Source: the human T2T-CHM13v2.0 reference genome, Homo sapiens
Assembly: GCF_009914755.1 (NCBI RefSeq)
Contig: NC_060939.1
Length of the DNA: 64,000 nt
Strand: one strand, 5' to 3'
Shown here: positions 10,714 to 23,770 of the stretch, one piece after another
Position numbering within the stretch: position 1 is the first letter of the stretch
Layout of the letters: each line of letters opens with the position of its first letter
Made by a program: the position numbers and the translations under genes
Notes under the pieces: generated by a model
Seen by the model: only the letters and a program-made list of their open reading frames with translations
The model's database searches: none
What the model was told of the DNA's origin: nothing

Positions 10714-13458
10714 AATAAAATACCTCATACTTAGCTTCTTTTCTTTGCTTTCACTATTGAGCAGAAAGAAAAAAATACAACTTATTACAAAGTATAACCT
10801 AAGAGTTCCTGAGGTCAGTAAAGTTAGTATAAAATAACTTGGAATTTAACAATTGTAACTAATAAGCAAACCAGGCAAGCACACTAAAGATTCGTTGTAC
10901 ACATTTTGCCAAGATAATACACTTAAAAAACATAAAAAGTTCTTAACCATACATAGGAAATGCACAACATAGTATTCTTTTTTCAAGAAAACAAGTTTTT
11001 AAAAGTCTGCTGAATAGGAATTAATCTCTTAAGAATGAAAATATTTCCTGTTTTGTTTTGTCTTCAGGTTGATAGTTATGGTGGATGAAAAACAAAGGCA
11101 AGGCAAATGATATGGTTTTCATAGAGAAGTACTGAGCTGATGTAGAAACTGATACTGTTTCCGGTTCTATCACAATTTGCTACAAGTGCCTACCCAGAGA
11201 GGATAAGGGTCAGACAGCATTTCCTTAATTGTGTAATGAAAGAGTATTTTATTATCTCAAACACACCTTTTGACTATATTATTCATTCTGTTTCTTGTAG
11301 TGTCAGAACATCATAGATATACAATAAATATTTATCAAATGAATACATATTTTTAAGTTACTACCTAATTCTATGTACAAGGCCTAGTTAAAGCTTCACC
11401 TCATTAATGAAGTCTCTGTTAATTGTTCAAACTGCCTCAACTCATATATAGTTTGTGCAGTAATTACACGTTATTTTTAAACATGGCTTAACGATTTCAC
11501 GTGTAAAAGTCCGTTTCTTAAAATAAGTTGTAAATCAATTTGGCAAAGACAGATTTTTGATACATAATTTTAGGTACTCCTTGCATTCTATCACAGTGCT
11601 CCTTGGGTCTCACCAGTTGATGCCTTGCAAAGTCTTGTTGAATGAATTCAGAGTAAATTTGAATCAGCAACTAGATTCAGAATTTTCGATGTCAGGACAT
11701 TTATTTCATCAAAATGAGGTTCCTCCAATTGCAGTCCAGGTTTTCTTTATGCCTTTTGTGGTTTTATCATCATAACCATCATCATCTTCATGATAAAGAA
11801 ACATTTATTCAGTCCTTCTGCAGTGAATGGCAGCAGCCCAAGCTCTATCCTCCAGTGAGATGGGAAGCAACTGGCCATCATTCTCTTTGTAATAATCTTT
11901 CATATGTTTGAAGACTATTTCCAGAGTCCAACATCATTAACTTTAAAAGAGCTTTGAATATTGGACAAGGTCAATTGCTACAAAAGAAGGAATCAGAGGA
12001 ATGATGGGGAACATGTTATGGGGAGAGGAGGCATCGTGTGTGTTACCAGCTTGCTAGCCAGCTCTTCAGTGTAGTGCAGCCGGCAAGCATGGGAGAAGAT
12101 GAGCTGTCAGTCTCTTGGTGCACATCATTTGTCATGAGTCCTCTTATGTCTGCAGAGGCATGGACAACCCTGTTAGTATGCAGAGCTTGTCATGGGACTA
12201 GGAGTATCTATGCACACTGAGTGCACTTTTGTTCTTGCCACTTAATGTAGCTGAGAATGGTTGTACTGCAGGACTGCAATTTTGCAAGTGCTCTTGGTAG
12301 TTGAAATTAAAATCAAATTCCTGAATATATAATTTAAAAAAGATAGATGGCTGTCCTCATTCTCTAAAGAGGTAAGGAATAGATTTACAGCACTCTTTTG
12401 GCAGTTATTGTTTACATTTAACAACTCTCCTAAAGTCCAGAGTATGGCCTTGGTGTGGGACTACATTTTTACATGGGAATTGGACAAAGATTAGCGATCA
12501 GCCTGAAGAATATACATGTGACTTCCACACTGAACTGCATAATTCTAAGGCTAAACATTTTGAGTCCTCACTCACACATCACTTCACAAAGCAGTAGTTA
12601 TCTAGGGAAGATAGCATAGAAAATCTAAAAGACAATTTCAATAAAAATCCAAATTTGGCCAGGATCCTCCTCTGAATGGAAGGAAAACCATGTAACTTCG
12701 GCTTGCAATATCTCTTTTATTTTCTAGTTTATTTGCCCAAAGTCTAAGCTATATACTTCTTACTGTATCTCATCTTTAGTTCTTTCTATGTCCTGTTTTC
12801 ATTTGACTCAGGAAAACAACTTTATTTGTGAAATCTTCTTAGAATTTTGCTTTTTACCTCAGGGAATTCAGTTAAATTAATCTGAAATATGAAAAGCTGA
12901 GGGCCATAAGGAAGGGCACCAATACATACCAAAAATAATGAGAAAGATGTAAAAATATTCTGATTTGGGGAATGGGGGGTATAATTGTACTAAGAGGTTT
13001 TAATTATTATTTTTTTTCTTGGCAGTCATTCCTTTTATTTTTCTAACCCCTTCACTCAGGCACTGATAAACATTCTTTGGCCAGAATGCTGATGCTGAGC
13101 CAAGCAGGCAGAATTCTCCATCCTCAATTCTTTGTTTTAATAACACCTCACTGCTCCTTCAGTTGGAATTGGTATCATTAAGCAGTGTTCGTGAGGGCTA
13201 GATTTCCTGGGAAAATACCAATGTCAAAGAGTGTTTCTTTGTCTCTCATAAACTTATCCATGCAATTTACAGCATGTAAACTGATTCAGGGATTAAAAAA
13301 AACAAAGTCACTTTTTGTGGTGTCAGTTATTATATATACATGTGTGTGTGGTTGGACACACACACACACACAATATATGTACATTTATACATGTATATGA
13401 ATATGTGTCATACGTGTGTGTATGTAAAGTCAATTATAAATCTTTGTATATATGCATA

Positions 13459-13579
13459 CAGTTGATTCTCATTATTCATATTACTTTGGTTCTATAAAAT
13501 TGTCACAAACACTGAATTAGCAAACATTGAATCACTGCTCCTAGAGGAAATACAGGGTTAGGTTCCTATAAGCCTCTTG
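13459..13579 (+). mobile_element. MER82-like Tigger element, left end only
   Basis: ta|cagttgattctcattattca...cactgaattagcaaacattgaatcactgctcctagaggaaatacagggttaggttcct; ends abruptly at the L1 junction. Confidence 0.7.
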
Positions 13580-15263
13580 AAACCACTGCTCAAGGAAATA
13601 AGAGAGGACACAAACAAATCAAAAAACATTCCATGCCCATGGATAGGAAGAATCAATAGTGAAAATGGCCACATTGCCGAAAGTAATTTAGAGATTCAAT
13701 GCTATCCCCATCAAGCTACCATGGACTTTCTTCACAGAATTGGAAAAAACTAATTTAAACTTCATATGGAACCAAAAAGAGCCCGCATAGCCAAGTCAAT
13801 CCTAAGCAGAAAGAACAAAGCTGGAGGCATTATGCTACCTTACTTCAAACTATACTACAAGGCTACAGTAACCAAAACAGCATGGTACTGGTACCAAAAC
13901 AGATATATAGACCAATGGAACAGAACAGAGGCCTCAGAAATACCACCACACATCTACAACCATCTGATCTTTGACAAACCTGACAAAAACAAGCAATGGG
14001 GAAAAGATTTCCTATTTAATAAATGGTGTTGGGAAAACTGGCTAGCCATATTCAGAAAACTGAAACTGGACCCCTTTCTTATACTTGATACAAAAATCAA
14101 CTCAAGATGGTTCAGAGACTTAAACGTAAAACCCAGGACCATAAAAATCCTAGAAGAAAACCTGGGGAATATAATTCAAGACATAGGCATGGGCAAAGAC
14201 TTCATGTCCAAAACACCAAAAGCAATGGCAACAAAAGCCAAAATTGACAAATGGGATCTAATTAAACTAAAGAGCTTCTGCACAGCAAAAGAAACTACCA
14301 TCAGAGTGAACAGGCAACCTACAGAATGGGAGAAAATGTTCGCAATCTATCCATCTGACAAAGGGCTAATATCCAGAATCTACAAAGAACTTAAACAAAT
14401 TTACAAGAAAAAAACAAACAACCCCATAGAAAAGTGGGCAAAGGATATGAACAGACACTTCTCAAAAGAAGACATTTATGCAGCCAACAAACATGTGGTA
14501 AAAAGCTCATCATCACTGGTAATTAGAGAAATGCAAATCAAAACCACAATGAGATACCATCTCATGCTAGTTAGAATGGCGATCATTAAAAAGTCAGGAA
14601 ACAACAGATGCTGGAGAGGATGTGGAGAAATCGGAACACTTTTACACTGTTGGTGGGAGTGTAAATTAGTTCAACCATTATGGAAGATAGTGTGGAGATT
14701 CCTCAAGGATCTAGAACTAGAAATACCATTTGACCCAGCAATCTCATTACTGGGTATATGCCCAAAGGATTATAAATCATTCTACTATAAAAACACATGC
14801 ACACATATGTTTATTGTGGCACTATTCATAATTGCAAAGACTTGGAACCAACCTAAATGTCCATCTATGATAGACTAGATAAAGAAAATGTGGCACATAT
14901 ACACCATGAAATACTATGCAGTCATAATAAAGGATGGGTTCATGTCCTTTGCAGGGACATGGATGAAACTAGAAATCATCCTCAGCAAACTACCACAGGA
15001 ACAGAAAACCAAACACCGCATGTTCTCACTCAAAAGTGGGTGTTCAACAAGGAGAACACATGGACACAGGGAGGGGAGCATCACACACCAGGCTTGTTGG
15101 GGTTGGGGGGCTAGGGGAGGGATAGCATTAGGAGAAATACCTAATGTAGGTGACGGGTTGTTGGGTGCAGCAAACCACCATGGCACGTGTATACCTATGT
15201 AACAAACCTGCACGTTCTGAACATGTACTCCAGGACTTAAAGTATAATTAAAAAAAAAAAAAA
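13580..15263 (+). mobile_element. L1PA6/7-like LINE-1, 5'-truncated (~1.7 kb)
   Basis: ORF2 3' part, 3' UTR (gatagcattaggagaaatacctaatgtaggtgacgggttg) and poly(A) at 15250-15263. Confidence 0.93.
13766..14878 (+). pseudogene. L1 ORF2p C-terminal fragment (370 aa open frame, no EN or RT core)
   Basis: [19 protein letters not shown] knuckle [18 protein letters not shown] and KTWNQPKCP are L1 ORF2p C-terminal motifs; part of a truncated L1, not a host gene. Confidence 0.9.
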
Positions 15264-16757
15264 CAGAAGTATGACAGAAACTTTCAGCCCCCAATAACAT
15301 GAAGTTGTAATCCTCCTACAGGATTTTCTTGCCCACTCAATAGTGTTAAAGTTCTGGCTTTGAGATTACAAACAAAGAGATCTGATCATCACCACATCTC
15401 CTGCCTCTCCCACTGCCATGTTGACATTTAGTATACTTCTATCTACCATGTTACAAGTTGGAGAAATAACACAGTTGTACAATTATATTTTAAGTATACA
15501 ACTATGTAAGTATAATTAAAATAATGTCAACAATATACAAATAAAATAAGCACAAAATGATAACATATTATCAAAAACAGCAGCCATTAACACAAATAAA
15601 CCCCAGAATTCAGGCCAAAAAAAAAAGATCTTCACCAAAGCAAGAGTTTATTGGACCTTTTTGAAATGTACAGCTACATAACTAGAAATGACGCCTCTGT
15701 CTGATACAATCATCCTCAGTATAACCTTCTAGCAAATCCTTCATAATAGTTTTTAAGCCATTTTATTGATGTATAATTAATGTGCAATAAACTGAACATG
15801 TTTAGAGTATACAGTCTGATAAGTTCTGACACACACATACAACTGTGAAACCATCACCAAAATCAAGATCATGAACACATTCCAATCATTTCCTTGTGAC
15901 CCTACGGTACCTCCCTTTCACCACTTCATATCCACATTCATCCTAAGACAAACACTGTGTTGCTTTCTGTCACTATAGGCAGTTTGAATTTCTAGAATTT
16001 GTATTAGTGGAATCATACAGCAGGTATTTTTTCTCTGGCTTCTTTCACTAAGAATAATTATTCTGAAATACATCCAAGTTATTACATATAGCAATAGCTT
16101 ATGCCTTTTAGTTGCAGGATATTATTTTATATTATGGATATCCACTTACATTCCTTATCCATTCACATGCTGATGGACATTTGAGTTGTTTTAAGTGTGT
16201 GGATATTGCAAATAAAGCTGCTATGGAAATTTGGGTACTGGTCATTTGCAGTCATATCCTTTTATTTCTCTTGGATAAACACCTAGGAGTGAAATGATCA
16301 GGTCATATAGTAGATGTATGTTTAGCTTTTTAAGAAGCTGCCAAATTGTCTTCCAAAGTAGTCATACCATTTTGTATTTCCACCAACAGTGTCTATGAGT
16401 TCTAGTTTCTTCATATTCTCTCCAATACTTAATATGATTTGTCTTTTACATTTTAGACATTCTAATAATATGCACTGGTATTATATTATGGTCTCAATTA
16501 GCATTTCCCAAATGCTAAATTATGCTGAGCATCTTGTCATATGCTTATCTGAAGCTGGGTATATTTCTTTTCTGACATACAATATTTTTTTCCAATTTAT
16601 TGTATTATAATTTGTACAGTCTATTGAGTTTTAAGAGTTTTTAAATATATAATTTATGTAATATACTATAAGTTACATAGTGTATAATATACTGTAAGTT
16701 ATATAGTGTATTATGTAGTGTATTATACACTATGTATAGGATATGTATATAAAAAAG

Positions 16758-16788
<31 letters not shown>

Positions 16789-17061
16789 CCTCCATCAGAT
16801 AAGTGATCAGCAAATATTTTCTCCAAGTCTGTGAATAGCCTTTTCATTTTTTTTCAAAGAGCAGAAGTTCACAATTTTGATGAAGTTCAATTTATTATCT
16901 TTTTTTACTTTTTACAGAGTGCTTTTGTTGGTGTATGTAAGAAATCACTGTTTATCACAAGGTCAAAAATATTTTTTCTTATGTTTTACTACTGCACATT
17001 TTATAACTTTAGTTTTTACATTTAGAAATATAATCCATTTTTAGTTAATTTTTCTATATGG

Positions 17062-17638
17062 CAACAAAGATGCTCTCTTGACCAAACTTTATTCAGGATC
17101 TCTAGGCCTTGACCTTGGTGTACATCTATTGGGCCGAAATCCAAATCACCCAGTTTTAGTAAGAATCCTGCCAAGTCAGGTTAGTGAAAATACCCCACTC
17201 TCAATTTCTGATCACCCTTGATAAGTGACTAAATTCCTCATCCCCAACCATCCCCTAGTAATTTTCCCTTAGTAATTTTCCATCCACTGAGCCACACCCT
17301 GACTCCTTGGCTCCATTTGTCAATGTTGTATTCAGAATTGAACTCAGTTCTACATTGAGGTCTCTTTTTCTCTATGGCAATATAGTAAATCCTCACTTAC
17401 ATTGTTAATAGGTTCTTGGAAACTGCACCTTTAAGCAAAAGGACCTATGGACATATTATGAAACCAGATTTTTCTCTCATCAACTTGAAAAAAATGACAT
17501 TTGAGGAGCTGCTCTATGTTGTTTCATTTAAAATCACAGTTTCCAAGAACCTATCAATAAAGTTAAGTGAGGACCTACTATAGTTCTTGAATAAAAGCTG
17601 TTTATCCCTTTAGTTTCCAGCTTTGGTTTTCTTTGACA
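17062..17638 (+). mobile_element. MER31-like ERV1 solo LTR
   Basis: acaaagatgctctcttgaccaaacttt...cccagttttagtaagaatcctg...aataaa...ctttgaca; 4-bp TSD ATGG at 17058-17061 and 17639-17642. Confidence 0.8.
17383..17580. mobile_element. MER6-like palindromic Tigger MITE nested in the LTR
   Basis: Long inverted arms (agtaaatcctcacttac..ataggttcttggaaactg / cagtttccaagaacctat..taagtgaggacctact) with TA on both sides. Confidence 0.8.
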
Positions 17639-18974
17639 ATGGTGTGAGGTGTGGATCCAAGTTAATTTTTGTGCATATTGATATCTAATTTTTCCATTAT
17701 CATTTATTGGAATAAGTATCCTTTCTCTACTAAATTACCTGTGAGTCTTTGTGGAAAATTACTTGATAATATATTCATAGGTTTATTCCTGGATTATTAT
17801 TCTATTATATTGGTCTATTTGTCTTTATATCAGTATCAAACTGCCTTGATACTCTAACTATATCATAAATAATAAAAGTGTCACAAATTTCTTATTTTTA
17901 AAGTTTTGGTAATTCTAAATTCTTTGCATTTCTTTTGCATTTTAGAATTAGCTTGTCAACTTTAAAAAAATACCTGCTGGAATTTTAATTTTCATTGCTT
18001 TGACTCTATATATCAATATGGTAGAAGTGATGTATTAATAATATTAAGTTTTCCAACCCATGAACACGTCTCTTAATTTGTTTAGATTTTCAGTTGCTTT
18101 CATAAATGTTTTTTAGCTTATATCAGTCAGTTCTTTCACATCATCTATCAAATTTCTTCCTAGATATTTTACATTTTTGATATTTTTTAAGTGGCATTTT
18201 TTTCACTTCAATATCAAATTTTTGGTCACTGATAAAAAATGGGATTTAATTTTTCCCAGTTATATTGAGTATAATTGAAAATAAAAATTATATATTTGAT
18301 TAGGATGCATTCATTTATGGTTTACAATGTGATGTTTTGATGTACATAAACATTGTGAAATGATTATCACAATAAGCTGATTAACACATCACTTCATATA
18401 GTTACCTTTTTTGTGTGTGACGAGAATGCTTAAGGTCTACTTGGTTACCAAATTTCAAGCATGCATTGTTTTTTAAATAAAAATTGTATTTTAAATTGTA
18501 TAACATATTTTAATATATATATACTCACTGAAATGATTACAACAGCCAAATAAATTAACATACTCATCTCCTCACAGTTACCTTTGTGTGTGTTTGCATG
18601 TGTGTGTGTGTGCATGCATGCATGTATGGTGAGAACACGTGAAATCTCTTAGTAAATTTCTGGTATACAACACAATATTATTAACTATAGTCATCATGCT
18701 GTACATTATTAACTCCCAGCAGTCTTATTTATTCTATATAACTGCAACTCTGTACCCTTTGACTCATATCATCCTATTTACCCCACCTTCCCACCCTTGG
18801 TAACCATTGTTCTATTCTCTATTTCTATGCATTTCACTTTTATAGGTTCCATATATAAGTGAGATTATTCAGTGCTTTTTTTCTGTGTCTTGCTTATTTC
18901 ACTTAGCATAATGTCCTTTAAGTTCATCTATATTGTCACAAATGGCAGAATATCCTGTTTTAAGGCTGAATAAC

Positions 18975-19035
18975 ATATATACATATACTATATATATTAT
19001 ATATATATATGTTGTGTATATATACACACGTGCAG

Positions 19036-19074
<39 letters not shown>

Positions 19075-19076
19075 TA
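18975..19076. repeat. (TA)n/(CA)n compound microsatellite
   Basis: Pure (CA)n run at ~19037-19070 with TA-rich flank. Confidence 0.9.
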
Positions 19077-19110
19077 CAGGCATACCTTGAAGATATTGCA
19101 GGTTCAGCTC
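19077..19110 (+). mobile_element. Tigger1 terminal remnant
   Basis: ta|caggcataccttgaagatattgcaggttcag matches the recalled Tigger1 start CAGGCATACCTCGGAGATATTGCGGGTTCGG. Confidence 0.7.
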
Positions 19111-20324
19111 TTTAAATTTTTACAATTTTTTGATGCTATTGTACAATTTTTACAATTTCCTTTCATGTAGAACACTGTTGATGTAAAGAAATGCAACTTA
19201 TTTTTGTTTGTTGACTTTGTATTTTGCAACTTTATTGAGCTTGTTTATGAGTTCTAACAGTTTGTGTACTTGTGTCTCTGTGTGTGTATATGTGGATTCT
19301 TTAAAGTCTTCTATATACGGGATTATATCATTTACAAATGAAAATATTACTTTATTTTCTTCCTTTTTGAGTTGAATGCCTTTACTTTCTTTCTCTTTTC
19401 TGATTGTTTTTGCTAGTACTTCCAGTATTAAGTTGGGTAGAAATGGTGACAGAGGTCATCTTTGCCGCATTCCGAATCTAGAAGAAAAGTTTTTAGTTTT
19501 TTTCCATTGACTATAGTGTTAGCTGTGGGATTTTCATAAATGGCCTTTATTGTGTTGAGGAAATTTCTTTCTATACGTATTTTGTTGAATTTTTATAATA
19601 ACTGTTGAACTTTCTCAAATGCTTTTTATGTATGTATTAAAATGATTATGTGGTTTTCATCTTTCATTCTGTTAATATGGTGTATTATATTTATTTATTG
19701 GCATATGTTAAACCAACCTTGCATCACAGAGATAAATCTCACTTGGTTGTAATGTATAATCTTTTGATGTGTTGTTGAATTACATTTCCTTGTATTTTAT
19801 TGAGAATTTTTGCATCTATATTTATCACAGAAATTGGCCTGTAGTTTTCTTTTCTTGTAGTGTATTTGTCTGGTTTTGGTAGTAGGGTGATGCTGGCTTC
19901 ATAAAATGAGTTTGGAATTAAATGTTCGGTAGAATTCAGCTATGAAGCCATCTGGTCTTGGGCTTTTCTCTGTTGGGTTGTTTTTGACTACTACTACAAT
20001 CTTGTTTGTTACTGGTCTGTTCAAACTTTCTTTTTGATTGTCTTGGTAGCTTGCATGTTTCTAGAAATGTTTTCATTTCTTTGAGAGTATTTAATTTGTT
20101 GTCATTTAATTTTTCATAACAGTCCCTTATGATCCTGAGGCATCTGTTGTAATATCGCCTCTTTTGCTTTGGATTTTAGGTATTTGAGTTCTCTCTCTTT
20201 ATTCCTTAGTTTGTCTAGCTAAAAGTTTGCCAATTTTGTCATTAAACATACTCAGTTTTATTTTTATGTTTTCTATTGTTCTATTCTCTACTTGATTTAT
20301 ATTGATTTTTTTGTTTTAATAAAC

Positions 20325-20485
20325 GTTTTATTTTAGAATAGTGTTAGATTTACATAGGGTTACAAAGATAGTACAGAGAGATCTTGAATATCCCTTACCC
20401 AGTTTCCCCATTGTTAACATCTCACATAACTGTGGTACACATGGTCACAATGAAGAAATCAACACTGGTCCATTACTGTTAACTT
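20325..20485 (-). mobile_element. L1MC1/2-like 3' end fragment
   Basis: ttttattttagaatagt..tagatttaca..caaagatagtacagagag..cccagtttccccattgttaacatc. Confidence 0.65.
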
Positions 20486-20889
20486 CACCAGTCTGTTTTC
20501 TGATGATCTATCAGCTATTAACTCAATTAAGCATTTCTTCAGTTTTGTTGAAAGCACAGGATTATACTGATTTATATTGACATTGTATCAATATAAATTT
20601 TCTAATTTACTTATTGGTTCTAGTAACATTTTTGTAGATTCTGTGAGTTTCTTTTCATAGATAATTATGTCATATGTAAAGAAAGTTTTAGTTATTTTTT
20701 TCCAATATGGATGATTTTATTTTTTATTTTTTGCCTTGTTTTGCTGGCTAGAACCTTCACTACTATCTTAAATAGAAGTAGTAATAGCAGACATCCTTGA
20801 CATCCAGACATCCAAGCATTACCGAGTACTTAAAAAACAACTATGCAGTTTTGTGGGGGAATCATTATTATGTTCCCTTTTACACTTTG

Positions 20890-22790
20890 TTCAATTGATA
20901 TCTTTAAAATTTAAATATACATTGTGTGTATATGCAACAGTTTGCTCATCTATTTACCAGGAGATGGAGATTTGAACTGTTTCTACTTTTTGGCTATTAT
21001 GAATAATGGTGCTACAAAATTTTGTGTACAACTCTTTATGTAAACATATGCTTACAATTCTCTTGATCATATATTTAGGAGTGAAACTGCTGGGTCATAA
21101 GAAAATTCTATGTTTAAAGTTTTGAGGAACTGCCTGTTTTTCACGGTGCCTGTGCCACTTGAAATTCCCATCAACAACCCATGAGGGTTCCAATTTTTCC
21201 CTCTTTTTTCTAACACTTCTTATTGCATGTATTTTTTTTAATTTTAAGCATGCTAATGGTTATAAAGTGGCATCTCATTATAGTTTTGATTTACATTTTG
21301 CTAACAACTGATGATGTTGAACATCTTTTCATGTGTTTACTGGATATTTGTATATAGTTTTGGAGAACTGTGTATTCAGGTCTTTTGCTCATTTTGAAAT
21401 TGCAATTGTCTTTTTATGGTTAATTTGTAAGAATTCTTTCTATATGCTGTGTATGTCTCTTGTCAGATATATTATTTACAGATATTTTCTTCACTTTTGT
21501 AGATTGTCTTCATTTTCTTGATGGTGTTAATTGAAGCACCAAAGTTTTCCATTTTTATGTGTTATTTATCTACTTTTTTTTTCTCGTTTGCTTGTGTTTT
21601 GGGTATTCCTATGCGTTGAATGTTTGTCCCCTCCAACACTCACATCAAAATTTGGTTGCCACTGTGGCAGTGTTAGAAGGTGGGGGCCTTGGAAGGTGAT
21701 TGGCCATGAGGGGTTCTCACTCATGGGCGAGACTAATGTCATTATAAAAATGGCCCTCTTTTACCTTTTTGATTTTTGTTCTTCTGCCATGTGAGGACAC
21801 AAAGATTGTCCCGGCATCCCCTTCCACCTTCCACCATGTGATGATACAGCAAGAAGGCCCTTGTCAGATACCACAGCCTTGATCTTTGACTTCCCAGCCT
21901 CCAGAACCATAAGCCAACAAACTTCTGTTCATTATAAATTACCCCATCCTAGGCATTCTGTTCTAGCAGCACAAATGGACTAAAACGGGTATCATAACTA
22001 AGAAATCATTGCTTAATCAAGGTCAAAGATTTACACCTATGTTTTCTTCAAATAATTATAACATTTTGCCTTTTACATTTAGGTCTTTGATCCATTTAAT
22101 TTTTATATGACATGAGGTAGAGGGCCCAAATTTATTCTTTCACATCTGGGTATACATTTGTCCCTGAGTAATCTTTTTTATATGCTTCTGGAATCAATTT
22201 GCTAGTATTTGTTGAGGATTGTTGCAGCTGTGTTCATAAGGTATATAGTGCTCTACGGTTTTCTTTTTTAAATGTCTTTGTCTAGTAAGTACTATGGCAA
22301 TAATAACAATAAGAGTTGGGAAGTACTCTTTTCTCTTTTATATTTTGCAGGAGTTGTTTACATATTTGTTTAATTCTTAAATATTTGCTAGAATTTATCA
22401 TTGAAGCCCATCTGGGCCTGGGCTTTTTGGAGAAAGGTTTCTAAATTACTAATTCATTCTTTTGTTATATGCATTCTGATTTTCTATTTTTATTTAAGCC
22501 AATTTTGGAGTTTGTGTCTTTCTAGAAATTGTAAAGTTTCATCTACATAAATTGATATGTTGCCATACAACGCAAGTAATTTCTTAGAATTCTTTTTTAC
22601 TTTATAAAGTTGGTAGTGATATTCCCTCTTTCATTCCTCAGGTTAGTATTTGGGTCTCTTCCCTTTTTTCATGCTTATTTTAGCTAAAGATGCTACCATT
22701 TTGTTATTCTTTTCAAAGAACCAACTTTTGGCTTCATTGATTTTATTTTTGTTTCTATTCTCTATTGCATATATTTTCTGGTTTTTATGA
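20890..22790 (-). mobile_element. L1MB/L1M antisense fragments, interrupted by an MST LTR
   Basis: tttttggctattatgaataat..gctgggtcata..ttttgaggaactgcc and further antisense ORF2 motifs. Confidence 0.7.
21607..21987 (+). mobile_element. MST (MSTB/C-like) MaLR solo LTR
   Basis: ttgaatgtttgtcccctccaa...gacttcccagcctccagaac...tataaattaccc...aaatggactaaaac; 5-bp TSD GGTAT at 21602-21606 and 21988-21992. Confidence 0.85.
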
Positions 22791-22829
22791 TGCCTAAAAG
22801 GCTTTCCATTTTCTTATTCCAAACAGTCC

Positions 22830-23235
22830 TTATTTCATTTATTAAAAATATATATTTTAATCTTCAACTGAGCACTAGGAGCTGTACTAGGCTCTGCATA
22901 TATTATGGTGAGCAAAAACAGATATGGTGTCCAATCTACAGATATTATAGTCTAGATAAAAGATAATCACATTATGAGACCAACAAATGCTTAAGACCAA
23001 CAATATTCTTAAGAAAAACAGCATGCTTTTAAGAGAAGATATAAAAAAGATACTGGACTTAGAGAAAGGACAAAGATTATGCTCTAGTGGAAGAAAAGAG
23101 AAGAAGAAGTTAAGATCAGATCTGAGCAGGTAGAGAAATAACATCATAAACAGAAGATGCAGTATTTGCAAAAGCTTTGATTGTGCAAGGATCTGGAAGG
23201 AGAAAAATGAGGCTGGAATATGGAGAAGGTAAGGA
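22830..23235 (-). mobile_element. L2 3' end fragment
   Basis: ttcatttatt..actgagcact..gtactaggctctg..atggtgagcaaaaacagatatggt is antisense L2 tail. Confidence 0.6.
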
Positions 23236-23469
23236 GTCTTTGAGAGGTAGTCTAATATCTAAGATACCACACTACTGCTATCATAATGGAATGTCTATCA
23301 GGGTGAGGATTTATGAGAGAGAAGAGAGGATCAAAAATATCTGGTGCAATTCATTGAACTAGGAGCATGTGGAATGTTTATTGGGAAATTTCATAAATTC
23401 AGCCAGTATATGTTGCCTCGAGTTTAATCCACCTGACAATAGAAATGTAGAGTAAGCAACTGTATATAA

Positions 23470-23770
23470 TCATAATAGTAGTCTTAACAACAAGTAACAC
23501 AATGTAGCACTTATTTTTTCTGGGTAATGTTCTGAAAGCTTCATGTAACAATTCATTTAATTCTTCCAAGAAAGCTAGGAAGAACTATTATTATTTCCAT
23601 TGTACCAATAAGACAGAAAAAGGTGTGTTTGTGCATGTGGGTGTGTGCGTGCATGCATGTGTTTATATGGTGTGCAGAGGGAAGATGGTAGAGAATTGAG
23701 ACAGCAAGAGATCAGAGAACTGGGTAGGACTGCCAAACAGCTTTGATGGCTCCTTTGAGGCCACTGAACT
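23470..23770 (-). mobile_element. MIR SINE, degenerate
   Basis: cattcatttaattcttccaa..actattattatttccattgtac pattern. Confidence 0.5.

Larger units (their letters stand above)
15757..18250 (-). mobile_element. Old L1M (L1MC/MD-type) 3' portion, interrupted by a MER31 LTR
   Basis: Antisense 3' UTR (ttttattgatgtataatt...tgtgaaaccatcaccaaaatcaag) running into antisense ORF2; contiguous across the insertion at 17062-17638. Confidence 0.8.
18255..20310 (-). mobile_element. L1MA8/9-like fragments (two successive 3' ends plus an ORF2 segment)
   Basis: Two copies of the antisense 3' end motif gaaatgatta..aca..attaaca..catcac(t)tcatatagttacc (near 18357 and 18530), then antisense ORF2 from ~19111. 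Confidence 0.7.
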
